DNA of 53,170 nucleotides. It comes from a virus. Its lineage: Duplodnaviria; Caudoviricetes. The notes beneath the pieces were generated by a model. It had not been told where the DNA came from and did not search any database. It worked only from the letters and a program-made list of their open reading frames with translations. Where the stretch lies: positions 1-53,170 of the IMG/VR virus record IMGVR_UViG_3300020454_000018; one strand, 5' to 3'. The position numbers and the translations under genes were made by a program. Positions 9,597-18,861 of this stretch are shown one piece after another. Each line of letters starts with the position of its first letter. Positions within the stretch are counted from its first letter, which is position 1.

Positions 9597-9668
9597 GGCC
9601 CGTTCGTCTAGTGGTTAGGACGCAAGGTTTTCATCCTTGTAACAGGAGTTCGATTCTCCTACGGGCTA
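9597..9668 (+). tRNA. tRNA-Glu(UUC)
   Basis: Acceptor GGCCCGT/ACGGGCT, anticodon arm CAAGG-TTTTCAT-CCTTG, GTTCGATTC. Confidence 0.95.
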
Positions 9669-9675
9669 CAAAACA

Positions 9676-9879
9676 ATGATTTACCCATCATACAAAAGAC
9701 CCATACACTACATTAACAACACACCATATGTTGTTCATGCAATCATACCTATTCATAGAATAAAGGATGTAAGATTAGTAAAAGAGTGGTTAGGATGTGA
9801 TACTGCATTTAAATTAGCAAGAGAGGGAAATTATTGGTTTTGTGTAGAAATCGAAGAAGCAAATTGGGAATATGTTTAA
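9676..9879 (+). CDS. hypothetical protein
   Basis: 67-aa ORF overlapping the next start. Confidence 0.6.
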   Translation: MIYPSYKRPIHYINNTPYVVHAIIPIHRIKDVRLVKEWLGCDTAFKLAREGNYWFCVEIEEANWEYV

Positions 9880-10390
9880 AGAAAAAATTATATTAAATAA
9901 TGATGAATGTGAATACATTATTAGTTTGTGTGATACATTTAACCCATCTATGATATTTGATTATAAAACAAATACAGGACAAATTAACGAACACTCAAGA
10001 GTATCAGAAGAAGCATACTTTACTGATTTAGAAAAAGTAAAATCTATTATTTTACCTAAATTAAAAGAGTATAATATAAAAAACTTACCCGATAAAACAA
10101 AAGTTTTAAAATACACAAAGGGTAGTTATTTTAAAAAACATAGAGATAGAGGTAGGGGGTTGGAACATAGAAAACTAACCCTTATCATACAATTAACAAA
10201 TAGTGTAAAGTACGATGGAGCTGAGTTATATGTTGATAATAAATTAACATCAAAAGCAATTGGAAACCTAATACTATTTGATTCGGGTAAATTACATGAA
10301 GTTACTGAACTCACAAAGGGTGAACGATTTGTTTTAGTTAGTTGGATTACTACAGAAGATATGATGATAAATAAAAAAACTTTAGTTTAA
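9872..10390 (+). CDS. 2OG-Fe(II) oxygenase (prolyl-hydroxylase-like)
   Basis: HRD...RKLTLIIQL...YDGAEL...LHEV...GERFVLVSW. Confidence 0.9.
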   Translation: MFKEKIILNNDECEYIISLCDTFNPSMIFDYKTNTGQINEHSRVSEEAYFTDLEKVKSIILPKLKEYNIKNLPDKTKVLKYTKGSYFKKHRDRGRGLEHRKLTLIIQLTNSVKYDGAELYVDNKLTSKAIGNLILFDSGKLHEVTELTKGERFVLVSWITTEDMMINKKTLV

Positions 10391-10404
10391 ATATTTATAT
10401 GTAT

Positions 10405-10860
10405 ATGGGTTGGACAGACTATTTTAGAAGTATAGCAGAAACTGTATCACGAAAATCGAAAGATGATAGAACCCAAATTGGTGCCGTTATTGTTGGTAAA
10501 GATAAAGAAATTGTATCAACGGGCTATAACTCTTTTCCAAGAGGTATAAACGATTTTAAAAAAGAAAGACAAGAAAGACCAGAAAAATACTTTTGGTTTG
10601 AACACGCTGAACGAAACGCAATTTATAATGCTGCTCGTATCGGCGTTTCCACTAAGGGATGTACTATGTACCTAACTTGTGGAGTTCCCTGCGCTGATTG
10701 TGCAAGAGGAATTATTAATGCTGGGATTGTAAGAATATTTGTAGCACGAGGAGGTGGAGCAAAATCTCAGAAATGGATAGATTCAGCTGAAAGAAGTATG
10801 GAAATGTTTGATGAAGCTGGAGTCTCTGTTCAATGGTATGATGAATTCTCAATAATATAA
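10405..10860 (+). CDS. dCMP deaminase
   Basis: TGYNSFPRG, HAERNA and PCADC zinc motifs; ATATTTATA at 10391-10399 favours the start at 10405. Confidence 0.92.
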   Translation: MGWTDYFRSIAETVSRKSKDDRTQIGAVIVGKDKEIVSTGYNSFPRGINDFKKERQERPEKYFWFEHAERNAIYNAARIGVSTKGCTMYLTCGVPCADCARGIINAGIVRIFVARGGGAKSQKWIDSAERSMEMFDEAGVSVQWYDEFSII

Positions 10861-10997
10861 TGGATATAGAACAATTTATTAAAAACTCAACACAAAAGGA
10901 AATCGTAAGTAAAATACTTGAGCTAAAAACTAAGCCACAAAAAAAAGATGTTACTTTGATTATCCAAAAATTACAACAACAATTGACTGATAAGTAA
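10860..10997 (+). CDS. small hypothetical protein (45 aa)
   Basis: Manually translated MDIEQFIKNSTQKEIVSKILELK...; TAATG coupling. Confidence 0.55.
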   Translation: MDIEQFIKNSTQKEIVSKILELKTKPQKKDVTLIIQKLQQQLTDK

Positions 10998-10998
10998 G

Positions 10999-11166
10999 AT
11001 GACTGAAGAAAAACAAATAGAAGAAATTCTATACGAATCTCACTCGGTAAATATGAAGAGGGAAGTTATGGATAAGGCACTTGAAATTATGGGAACAGAC
11101 CCACAAATAAGAAGAATAGATGCTTATCAACAAGCTTATACTGAACTTGTAGAGGATAATCTATAA
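10999..11166 (+). CDS. small hypothetical protein (55 aa)
   Basis: Manually translated MTEEKQIEEILYESHSVNMKREVMDKA... Confidence 0.6.
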   Translation: MTEEKQIEEILYESHSVNMKREVMDKALEIMGTDPQIRRIDAYQQAYTELVEDNL

Positions 11167-11171
11167 TTTTT

Positions 11172-11180
11172 ATATTTATA
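11172..11180 (+). promoter_or_regulatory. putative late promoter ATATTTATA
   Basis: Recurring intergenic motif, 3 nt before ATG 11184. Confidence 0.55.
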
Positions 11181-11183
11181 GGT

Positions 11184-12188
11184 ATGGCAAGAAGAAACAA
11201 AAGAAATCGTTCAGCTCTTTCAAAAAGACAAAGACAGCAAAGGGTAAGAAACAGAGGTGCTTCTAACAAATCCTTAAATAATCAAACAACAAATGGTGGG
11301 GAATTTACCTTAGAAGATGGAACTCCATATGTAGGCGATTACCATATTATGCCAGATGGTACACCAATGACTGGGGCTAAACATAAAGGAAGAGGGTTCG
11401 CAGGTTTAAGGCGTAGAAAAAGAAGGAGTAAACTATTAATACCAGTAACTACACCTCCATCTGATACTACAGCTGATACTACACCTCCACCCACAACTAC
11501 ACCAGCTCCAGTAAAACCACCACAGGTTAACAGACCGCCAGTTAGAATACCACCAAGACCACCCAAAGTAGATTTAAGTGGAATTATTACTCAACCATAT
11601 AAACGATTAGAAAACTATGGGAATCAATATCCAGCTACAGATTCATCTGTAAAAGATGCAGCAGGTACAAATATCTCATCCTACTATTTAAGAGGAGGAT
11701 ATGCATCTAGGGTTATGGGTCATATTTCACCAAACAGAGAAGCCATTCAGACACAAAGTTTTCTTAGAAGAGCAGAAGTTAGGAGTGAGCTTAATATAGA
11801 TTTTATTTTACGATTGGATGGAAAATATTACACATCTGCACAACAATCAGCAAAAATCAAAAGCGCAGAAGCTGAAGGAAATACTTACTATATAAACAGT
11901 GTACCTGTTATAAGAATAGATACAGCAAGAATTAAACCATATGTAGCTAAAGGTTTATTTAAAACAGAAGAGGATTATTCATTCAATCCACCATCAAATC
12001 AAATAGATACTTTAAGTGAAATTTTAGATACTATAGATTGGGTTTGTAGAAAAACAGCTGCCTTAGAACAACCAAGACCATATGGATATAGATATGATGA
12101 TAGAACCGCAGTAGCTGCTAGGCTAGATATGGATGCGGTAATAGCATCAGCAAACAAACCACCAAAAATTAGGTGGAGACAATCATAA
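11184..12188 (+). CDS. Arg/Pro-rich putative virion protein
   Basis: Basic N-terminus MARRNKRNR, a GGEF...YVGDYH...MTGAKH module and a Pro/Thr linker. Confidence 0.6.
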   Translation: MARRNKRNRSALSKRQRQQRVRNRGASNKSLNNQTTNGGEFTLEDGTPYVGDYHIMPDGTPMTGAKHKGRGFAGLRRRKRRSKLLIPVTTPPSDTTADTTPPPTTTPAPVKPPQVNRPPVRIPPRPPKVDLSGIITQPYKRLENYGNQYPATDSSVKDAAGTNISSYYLRGGYASRVMGHISPNREAIQTQSFLRRAEVRSELNIDFILRLDGKYYTSAQQSAKIKSAEAEGNTYYINSVPVIRIDTARIKPYVAKGLFKTEEDYSFNPPSNQIDTLSEILDTIDWVCRKTAALEQPRPYGYRYDDRTAVAARLDMDAVIASANKPPKIRWRQS

Positions 12189-12197
12189 AACTAATTA

Positions 12198-13010
12198 GTG
12201 AAAAAATTTAAAAGGTTATATACAAATGGAAGTAGTATTACTCACGGCTGGCCTTTATGTCATAGTAGATACTTTGATATCTACAAAAGATTTTATGATG
12301 TTGAAGCTTGGGAAGTGAAGGGTGATGAAGAATCATTAGATAGTAGAATATCAATCAATTGGCCAAATCGTTTAGCAAATATATTAAATGTAGAGTTGAT
12401 TGATGAGAGTAGAGGTGGGGGTTCTTCATTAAGAGCTATGCGAATGTGTATGGAATATATAAATAAAAATTTAGACACTATAGATGATACTTTATTTATA
12501 ATTGAAACAACCTCTGGATATAGAGATGAATTATATTCAAATAGATTAGATAGATTATTCAATGTTGTAACCTCAAACTGTATAGACCCCAAAGATTGTA
12601 CCGATGATATTAATGATAGGGCAAAAATCAAAGATGAACTGGAAAGCTATTTTAAATATTTTGTAAATGATAAACATCATTATAACAAAGAAGCAAACTA
12701 TTTTATTGGATTCTTTTCATTATTAAAACAATTAGGATGTGAATTCTTTATTGTAAATCAAGCTATCAGAGGATATGCTGAGAACTACTATAATAAAATA
12801 TATGAAAGATTAGATATTGATGATAGAGTTTTAAAGTGGGATGGTGGTGATTGTATAGTACATTGGTATTGGAAAGAAAAGAAATATCACATTGGAGGAG
12901 AGTTAGAAAAACACATAGGTGATACAGATTATCATCCTGGCTACTTTGGACATATAAAAATAGCTGAACACATACACAACGAATTAAAAAAATACTATGG
13001 AAAAGTTTAA
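12198..13010 (+). CDS. SGNH-like hydrolase or acyltransferase
   Basis: YTNGSSIT, NWPNRLA, GGGS and DYHP. Confidence 0.7.
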   Translation: MKKFKRLYTNGSSITHGWPLCHSRYFDIYKRFYDVEAWEVKGDEESLDSRISINWPNRLANILNVELIDESRGGGSSLRAMRMCMEYINKNLDTIDDTLFIIETTSGYRDELYSNRLDRLFNVVTSNCIDPKDCTDDINDRAKIKDELESYFKYFVNDKHHYNKEANYFIGFFSLLKQLGCEFFIVNQAIRGYAENYYNKIYERLDIDDRVLKWDGGDCIVHWYWKEKKYHIGGELEKHIGDTDYHPGYFGHIKIAEHIHNELKKYYGKV

Positions 13011-13365
13011 CTGGTTACATTTATTTTATGCAATTATATTAATATCAACTGCACAAATAGCAGTTTGGTTTCAACATAATTGGCAATTTATTAATCCAAA
13101 ATATAAACCCGAATGGTGGGGATGGTATGTTGTAGCAGTACCGATTACTTATTTATTTTTAAAAGGTACATACTTTGGAGTTACTGCTTTTGGTGGTGAT
13201 TTGTGGCCAAATAGATTTATAGGATTTATATTAGGAATCATATCATATGCTTTGTTAACCGCATACTTTTTTAAACAACCAGTAACATCAAAAATATTTG
13301 TTCAATTAATTTTATGTTTTTTGATTGTTTTAGTACAAGTTCTTTGGAAGGAAAAGGTTCAGTAG
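12997..13365 (+). CDS. four-helix membrane protein (DMT/SMR-like)
   Basis: Four hydrophobic segments in 122 aa. Confidence 0.6.
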   Translation: MEKFNWLHLFYAIILISTAQIAVWFQHNWQFINPKYKPEWWGWYVVAVPITYLFLKGTYFGVTAFGGDLWPNRFIGFILGIISYALLTAYFFKQPVTSKIFVQLILCFLIVLVQVLWKEKVQ

Positions 13366-13366
13366 T

Positions 13367-13375
13367 ATATTTATA
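13367..13375 (+). promoter_or_regulatory. putative late promoter ATATTTATA
   Basis: Intergenic, 3 nt before ATG 13379. Confidence 0.5.
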
Positions 13376-13378
13376 GAT

Positions 13379-13729
13379 ATGGAACTGATACCTATTCACA
13401 ATCTATATTGGAAAAAGTATTTAATGTATGGCTATCATGGATTGATATCTATGTGGATGGATGATTATGGATTGCCTGTTTATAAAGATGTAGTATCTAT
13501 AATACACCAAGCTATGTTATTAAAAAAAGAAGGTGTTACTATTTTAAGATTAGGTAAAGATAAAGTTTGTTTTGTTGATAAATCTGAATACAAATCTGTA
13601 CTAAGAGAATCTATGAAATTTTTCTTAGAAAAAGAAGAGTACTTAGAATGTGCAAAAGTAAGAGATTTATTAGCTGGTAAAATACGACAGAAAAAAAGAA
13701 AAAAAATAATTCAACAAACACTTATATGA
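13379..13729 (+). CDS. protein with UvrB/UvrC (UVR) coiled-coil motif
   Basis: EKEEYLECAKVRDLL. Confidence 0.6.
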   Translation: MELIPIHNLYWKKYLMYGYHGLISMWMDDYGLPVYKDVVSIIHQAMLLKKEGVTILRLGKDKVCFVDKSEYKSVLRESMKFFLEKEEYLECAKVRDLLAGKIRQKKRKKIIQQTLI

Positions 13730-14079
13730 AACAATGGTCTATGTTTATAGGTAGATGGCAACCTTGGCATGAGGGGCATCTATGGTTAATCAATCAACGA
13801 TTAAAAGAAGGTAAATATGTTTGGGTTGCAATTAGAGATGTAAAAAAAACAGATAATCAACCTTGGTCATCATTTGAAGTTTTACAAAATTTACAAAAAG
13901 AATTAAAACCATTAATAGAAGATGGTAAAGTTATGGTTTCAATAATACCCGATATCGAGTCTGTAAACTACGGAAGAGGAGTTGGATATGATATTATAGA
14001 GCACGAACCACCAAAAGATATTAAAGAAATATCAGCAACAAATATCAGAAAACAATTGCGTGAAGAGGGAAAATTATAA
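13726..14079 (+). CDS. cytidylyltransferase-like nucleotidyltransferase
   Basis: FIGRWQPWHEGH (HxGH) and ISATNIR. Confidence 0.85.
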   Translation: MKQWSMFIGRWQPWHEGHLWLINQRLKEGKYVWVAIRDVKKTDNQPWSSFEVLQNLQKELKPLIEDGKVMVSIIPDIESVNYGRGVGYDIIEHEPPKDIKEISATNIRKQLREEGKL

Positions 14080-14097
14080 CAAAAACAATTTAAATAC

Positions 14098-14106
14098 ATA
14101 TTTATA
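14098..14106 (+). promoter_or_regulatory. putative late promoter ATATTTATA
   Basis: Intergenic motif upstream of the Hint polyprotein gene. Confidence 0.55.
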
Positions 14107-14129
14107 ATAAAATATTATAGGGTAACAAA

Positions 14130-16460
14130 ATGAAGGGCACTTTTTTTTCAGCAGACTTTCTTGTAGATGAAAGTAACAATCTAAGATTGATGGAGATGAA
14201 TACAGATACGGCCTGTATTACAGATACATTAGATACTTACTTTGATTTAACCGAGTTTATAAACTTATTACAATCAAACAATATTACTACGATTCATGCA
14301 ATCTACAAAAACATACACCTCAACTTTATAGATTGGTTAGAAAATAAAATTAGTACAGATGCTACTTTTATAACAAGCTTCGAAAAAACACAAGAAGCGC
14401 AAGATACTATTTATCCAACTGCTATAGCAGATGCTGATGATAAATTTATTTTAAGATTAGCATATGATGAAAACGCATTATTCGATTCTACATATTGTAA
14501 AATCAGAACTAATGTATTAAGTTTGTTTCAAGAAAATAATGATAAAGATTCTGTACCAGAATTCTTTTTAAGTGGAAGTACGGGAGTTATTAATGAAATG
14601 ACAAGCTCGTTAAATGATAATAATAGATTTCCTGATTTAGTAAGAAAAAAAGTAGCTGATGGTAGTGGATTATCTATTGACTTTATTAAGTTCGATAACT
14701 TAGATGTATCATCATCAAACCAAGTTTGGAGTGATTATATTGCTAGTGAGTTAGATACTTCTGTAGATTATGTTGAAAAGTATCACATATCACCTAACTG
14801 GGATTCTCAAAATAGAGTAGATTCCATAAGACAGTTTGGAATAGTATATGGAAGTAATATTGATTATATAAAATTTGGAAGTTATAAAATCCAAAGTGTT
14901 ATAGAAATGCCAAATGCATTAAGTGGTAGTTCAACCAACAATGTAATTGAAATTGGTAAACAACATTACTTTGAATATACAACTAACTTTATGAGACATA
15001 ATAAGTTGGATGGTATTCTTAGTTCTGAAAAAATTCAAAATATAGATAACTCATTCGCAGAACTACCATCTCTTAGTGTAAACGATGATGTAAAATCATT
15101 CTTTATAAGTGGTTCTCCTGATACTGATGATGTAAACATATTTCACAGTTGGTCAAATGATGGGGTTGATTTCCCAATAGGTTCTGAAGTTACATCATCT
15201 ATTATAGAAGCAATGCAATCTTCTTCATTAGATTATTTTAACATAATAGAAAAAACTTTACCAAACGGAGAAACAATTTATTGTGGTATCAATAAGGTTT
15301 TCTTAATATATGAGTCATCTTCAAATCAGATGATGTTTAGAAGAGCAAATCAAATAACAGCATCAGACCATTATTTTGTTGACCACAGTGGTTCACTAAC
15401 ATCCGTATCTCAATCAGCTTATGTTGTATTAGATTCATCAGACTATTCACTCTTTAGAATTGATGTTGAAACAACGGATACATACTTTGTTAGCGCATCA
15501 AAGCCAGTTATCGTTCACAACGCACCATGCTTTGTTGCTGGTACAATGATTCACACCGAAGATGGTAAAAAGAAAATAGAAGATGTGATAGTTGGTGATA
15601 AAGTAGTAACATACAATCACGATAATGACTCTGCAGAATGGAAAGATGTGTTGGAAGTTATGAGAAAAGATAATGAATATGTTGTTACTTATGTATTTGA
15701 AAATGGAACAAAACTTACTGCTACACCTGACCATCCACTATTTGTAGTAGGAAAGGGATACTCTTCTTATCAACCTATCCAAACAAAAGATGATAGTGGT
15801 TTAGATGTAGAGCAAGTATTGTTAGGTGATGAGGTATTACATATAGATGGATATGGTGTAACCATTGAGGATATAATAGAAGAGGAAGAAAAAGAAACAG
15901 TATATAATCTAAAAAAAGTTGCAGATAATCATAACTTCTACGCAAACGACTTTTTAGCACACAACAGATTTGTACCACCATGTTGTTTTGCAGCTGGTAC
16001 ACAAATCCTATTATCAAATGGTGATACTAAAAATATTGAAGATATAGTTGAGGGAGATGAAGTAATGGGATGGAATGGTGAAATATTAGAAGCTTCATTG
16101 GTAACCGCAACTAACAACAAACATACAGTTGATTCACACTGGGAAGCATGTAAAAAATTAGGTGATGAACCATCATTATATACAATCAATGATACGGGAA
16201 TAGAGTTCACACCAGAACACCCATTCCTTACAAAAGAAGGATGGAAATCATTAGTACCTGATTTATCACAAGAACCATATAAATCAGAATCACCAGCAAA
16301 AGAACTTAAAGTTGGAGACTCTATTAATGTTAATGGATTGTGGGAAGAGATAGCAGAAATAAAAATAGTAAGGTCAAATCCTGATGAAGTAGTTTACAAC
16401 ATTAGTGTTGATAAGATACATTCATATATAGCAAACGGAATAATAGTACATAACAAATAA
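14130..16460 (+). CDS. ATP-grasp-like domain fused to three tandem Hint (intein-like) domains
   Basis: N-terminal DFLVD...LRLMEMNT. Hint1 about 15012-15521 (G at position 1, ends VHN); Hint2 15528-15965 (CFVAGT...TPDHP...AHN); Hint3 15984-16454 (CFAAGT...TPEHP...VHN). Confidence 0.85.
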   Translation: MKGTFFSADFLVDESNNLRLMEMNTDTACITDTLDTYFDLTEFINLLQSNNITTIHAIYKNIHLNFIDWLENKISTDATFITSFEKTQEAQDTIYPTAIADADDKFILRLAYDENALFDSTYCKIRTNVLSLFQENNDKDSVPEFFLSGSTGVINEMTSSLNDNNRFPDLVRKKVADGSGLSIDFIKFDNLDVSSSNQVWSDYIASELDTSVDYVEKYHISPNWDSQNRVDSIRQFGIVYGSNIDYIKFGSYKIQSVIEMPNALSGSSTNNVIEIGKQHYFEYTTNFMRHNKLDGILSSEKIQNIDNSFAELPSLSVNDDVKSFFISGSPDTDDVNIFHSWSNDGVDFPIGSEVTSSIIEAMQSSSLDYFNIIEKTLPNGETIYCGINKVFLIYESSSNQMMFRRANQITASDHYFVDHSGSLTSVSQSAYVVLDSSDYSLFRIDVETTDTYFVSASKPVIVHNAPCFVAGTMIHTEDGKKKIEDVIVGDKVVTYNHDNDSAEWKDVLEVMRKDNEYVVTYVFENGTKLTATPDHPLFVVGKGYSSYQPIQTKDDSGLDVEQVLLGDEVLHIDGYGVTIEDIIEEEEKETVYNLKKVADNHNFYANDFLAHNRFVPPCCFAAGTQILLSNGDTKNIEDIVEGDEVMGWNGEILEASLVTATNNKHTVDSHWEACKKLGDEPSLYTINDTGIEFTPEHPFLTKEGWKSLVPDLSQEPYKSESPAKELKVGDSINVNGLWEEIAEIKIVRSNPDEVVYNISVDKIHSYIANGIIVHNK

Positions 16461-16461
16461 A

Positions 16462-16608
16462 ATGGCAAATACAAATAAACCACCGATATATAAAAAAATA
16501 GCATTTGATATTTCTCAAACAAAACAAGTTTTGAGTTCTGATGAACAAACTAAAGTAACAAACATACTCAATAATTTTATTACCTATTTCAAGGCTAAAC
16601 ATACCTAA
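16462..16608 (+). CDS. small protein (48 aa) directly downstream of the Hint polyprotein gene
   Basis: Manually translated MANTNKPPIYKKIAFDISQTKQVLSSDEQTKVTNILNNFITYFKAKHT; starts 1 nt after the stop. Confidence 0.65.
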   Translation: MANTNKPPIYKKIAFDISQTKQVLSSDEQTKVTNILNNFITYFKAKHT

Positions 16609-16612
16609 ATTC

Positions 16613-16621
16613 ATATTTATA
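16613..16621 (+). promoter_or_regulatory. putative late promoter ATATTTATA
   Basis: Intergenic motif before ATG 16636. Confidence 0.5.
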
Positions 16622-16635
16622 TCAAATAGGTTTGT

Positions 16636-17196
16636 ATGGATAAAGAGCAGTTTTATGAAATGCGATTGCATAGAGATAAGTTTGAAGCTCGTAATACCGA
16701 AAGAGATTCATCGTTTTATTTCAAAGTAATAGATAAGAACAACCCACTTCACATTAGGGATAATATATCCCATCTTAAATTCCTTTGTAAATCTATAGAT
16801 AAGAATTTACCCGAATGGAAAGGTAAACCTGTATTAGATATCTGCTTAGAAAGATTAAACACATCATCATTATTTTTATTATTTCATAAAGACTTTAACA
16901 AAGCATTGGGATGGATGTGGGCATCCGAAATGTTTACTTACAATTGGATTGATAGTCTACACAAACTTCCAATAGATAATTCGGTATATGTTGGGGGAGC
17001 TTATATACAAAAAAATCTAAACCCACCACCAAACACTGGATTACAGTTATATTTTCAATTTTTTTCTTATTTTTTACAAAAATATGAAAACTTATTTGGT
17101 TATATGGATAAATGGAACAAACCCTCCATTTACATTTCACATAAATTAGGATGTGAACAATTTAACTTTATAGAGGATTATGGCAGAGAATATTAG
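16636..17196 (+). CDS. GNAT-family acetyltransferase-like protein
   Basis: LGWMW, VYVGGAYIQK and YMDKWNKPS...KLG. Confidence 0.65.
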   Translation: MDKEQFYEMRLHRDKFEARNTERDSSFYFKVIDKNNPLHIRDNISHLKFLCKSIDKNLPEWKGKPVLDICLERLNTSSLFLLFHKDFNKALGWMWASEMFTYNWIDSLHKLPIDNSVYVGGAYIQKNLNPPPNTGLQLYFQFFSYFLQKYENLFGYMDKWNKPSIYISHKLGCEQFNFIEDYGREY

Positions 17197-17842
17197 TAAG
17201 AACCCACCAAAGGGTAAGATAAAATTTGATATCACATTATCAGATGAACAAAAGAGTACAAAGACAGCAGTTTTATATCACCCATATAATTTTATTATGG
17301 GTAAAGCTGGTAGTGGTAAAACACTATTAGCAGTACAGATTGCATTAGATATGTTTTTCACTCGTAAGATAAACCAAATAATAATAACAAGACCAACAGT
17401 ATCAAATGAAGATAATGGGTATCTACCTGGTTCGTTAGATGAAAAAATGGAACCTTGGTTAGTTCCTATTCGTTCTAATATGAGAAAGGTTTATAACAAA
17501 CCAGCTATATTAGAAAAAATGGAATCACAACAAAACATAGAATTGGTTTCACTATCTCATTTTAGAGGAAGAACATTTGAAAACGCATGTGTAATTGTAG
17601 ATGAATTTCAAAATTTAACTAAACAACAAGTAGGAATGGTGTTGAGTAGATTGGGAAAGGGTTCAACTATGATTCTCACTGGAGACCCACAACAGATTGA
17701 TTTAAAGTTTCCAAACGATTCAGCTATACACGAAGTACCAAAGGTTAAAGAATCTAAATTTGTATATGCAACTACATTATTAGATAATCATAGACATGAG
17801 GCATTAGATGAACTGCTAAGATTATTACAAAATTATTCGTAA
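17180..17842 (+). CDS. phoH: PhoH-family ATPase
   Basis: GKAGSGKT, ITRP, GYLPG, RGRTF, DEFQN and GDPQQID. Confidence 0.95.
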   Translation: MAENISKNPPKGKIKFDITLSDEQKSTKTAVLYHPYNFIMGKAGSGKTLLAVQIALDMFFTRKINQIIITRPTVSNEDNGYLPGSLDEKMEPWLVPIRSNMRKVYNKPAILEKMESQQNIELVSLSHFRGRTFENACVIVDEFQNLTKQQVGMVLSRLGKGSTMILTGDPQQIDLKFPNDSAIHEVPKVKESKFVYATTLLDNHRHEALDELLRLLQNYS

Positions 17843-17857
17843 AATAATTTACTTTTT

Positions 17858-17900
17858 CCTTGGATATATCATATTTTTTTCGTATATTTACTATGTAAAT
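17858..17900 (+). promoter_or_regulatory. Bacteroidetes-type early promoter with palindromic tail
   Basis: CCTTGG-N19-TATATTTACTATGTAAAT. Confidence 0.75.
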
Positions 17901-17912
17901 AATTAAGATATT

Positions 17913-18104
17913 ATGACTTGGTTAAAGATAAAAGAAGATAAAATCAAACAACTACAAAAAGATAAGGTAGTTGCTTTAGATAAGATTGATACTTTACGAA
18001 AAATGAAAAAAGATTTCCCAAAATCTGATGATGTAAGGTTTTCACTTCAATCTGCTATGACTGATTTACAAATCATCGATAAAGAATTAATGATGTTAAC
18101 TTAA
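17913..18104 (+). CDS. hypothetical early coiled-coil protein
   Basis: 63-aa ORF after the promoter. Confidence 0.65.
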   Translation: MTWLKIKEDKIKQLQKDKVVALDKIDTLRKMKKDFPKSDDVRFSLQSAMTDLQIIDKELMMLT

Positions 18105-18121
18105 ATATAAAAATTAAAATT

Positions 18122-18301
18122 ATGATAAAAGCAATAAAAAAGAAAATGTTAACCTATCTGTTTATGGATTGGGTAAAAAACGAAACTGATTTGGATACCC
18201 TTAAAGTATCTAAACAATTTATTAGAAAAAGAGAAGTAGAAATAACAGGTCACATTCCTGTAATGGGATTTAGGTCTCATTTATCTGAAAATAAATCATA
18301 A
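18122..18301 (+). CDS. small hypothetical protein (59 aa)
   Basis: Manually translated MIKAIKKKMLTYLFMDWVKNETDLDTLK... Confidence 0.6.
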   Translation: MIKAIKKKMLTYLFMDWVKNETDLDTLKVSKQFIRKREVEITGHIPVMGFRSHLSENKS

Positions 18302-18304
18302 AAT

Positions 18305-18347
18305 CCTTGGTTATTTGAAATATTTTTCGTATATTTACTATGTAAAT
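18305..18347 (+). promoter_or_regulatory. Bacteroidetes-type early promoter with palindromic tail
   Basis: CCTTGG-N19-TATATTTACTATGTAAAT, whose last two bases overlap ATG 18346. Confidence 0.75.
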
Positions 18348-18861
18348 GAGTGATAATATTAATCCAAAAACTAAAAATTTGAATAAAAAAATACTTTATA
18401 TAGATATGGATGGTGTGTTGGTTGATTTCAACAAAGCTATCACTAAATTCTTAGATACACATCCACATCTAAAAGATAAGTTTAAAGATTGTCCTGACCA
18501 CATACCAGGTATCTTTAGAAACCCACCTCCTATAGATGGGGCTATTGATGCTATTAACAAATTACACAATAGTGGTAAGTATGATATGTTCATAGCTACC
18601 TCAGCACCTTGGGGTAACCCACAATCACTTACTGATAAAAGATATTGGATAGAGGATTACTTTCCTCATATATTCCACAAAAAAATTGTTACCACTCACA
18701 CCAAAGGGCACTTAATGGGTGATTACCTAATCGATGATAGATTGAAGAATGGTGCTGGTGATTTCAAAGGTAAACTTTTAAGATTCGGATTGGATTGGGA
18801 AAATGATAACAAACCAAATGAGTTTCCTGATTGGGATAGTATATTAGATTACTTACTATGA
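18346..18861 (+). CDS. 5'(3')-deoxyribonucleotidase (HAD superfamily)
   Basis: YIDMDGV, ATSAPW, GDYLIDDR. Confidence 0.9.
   Translation: MSDNINPKTKNLNKKILYIDMDGVLVDFNKAITKFLDTHPHLKDKFKDCPDHIPGIFRNPPPIDGAIDAINKLHNSGKYDMFIATSAPWGNPQSLTDKRYWIEDYFPHIFHKKIVTTHTKGHLMGDYLIDDRLKNGAGDFKGKLLRFGLDWENDNKPNEFPDWDSILDYLL

Noticed and set aside
15528-16454. Canonical splicing inteins with homing endonuclease
   Set aside because: The domains are about 150 aa with no endonuclease, the +1 residues are R and K, and there is no C-extein.
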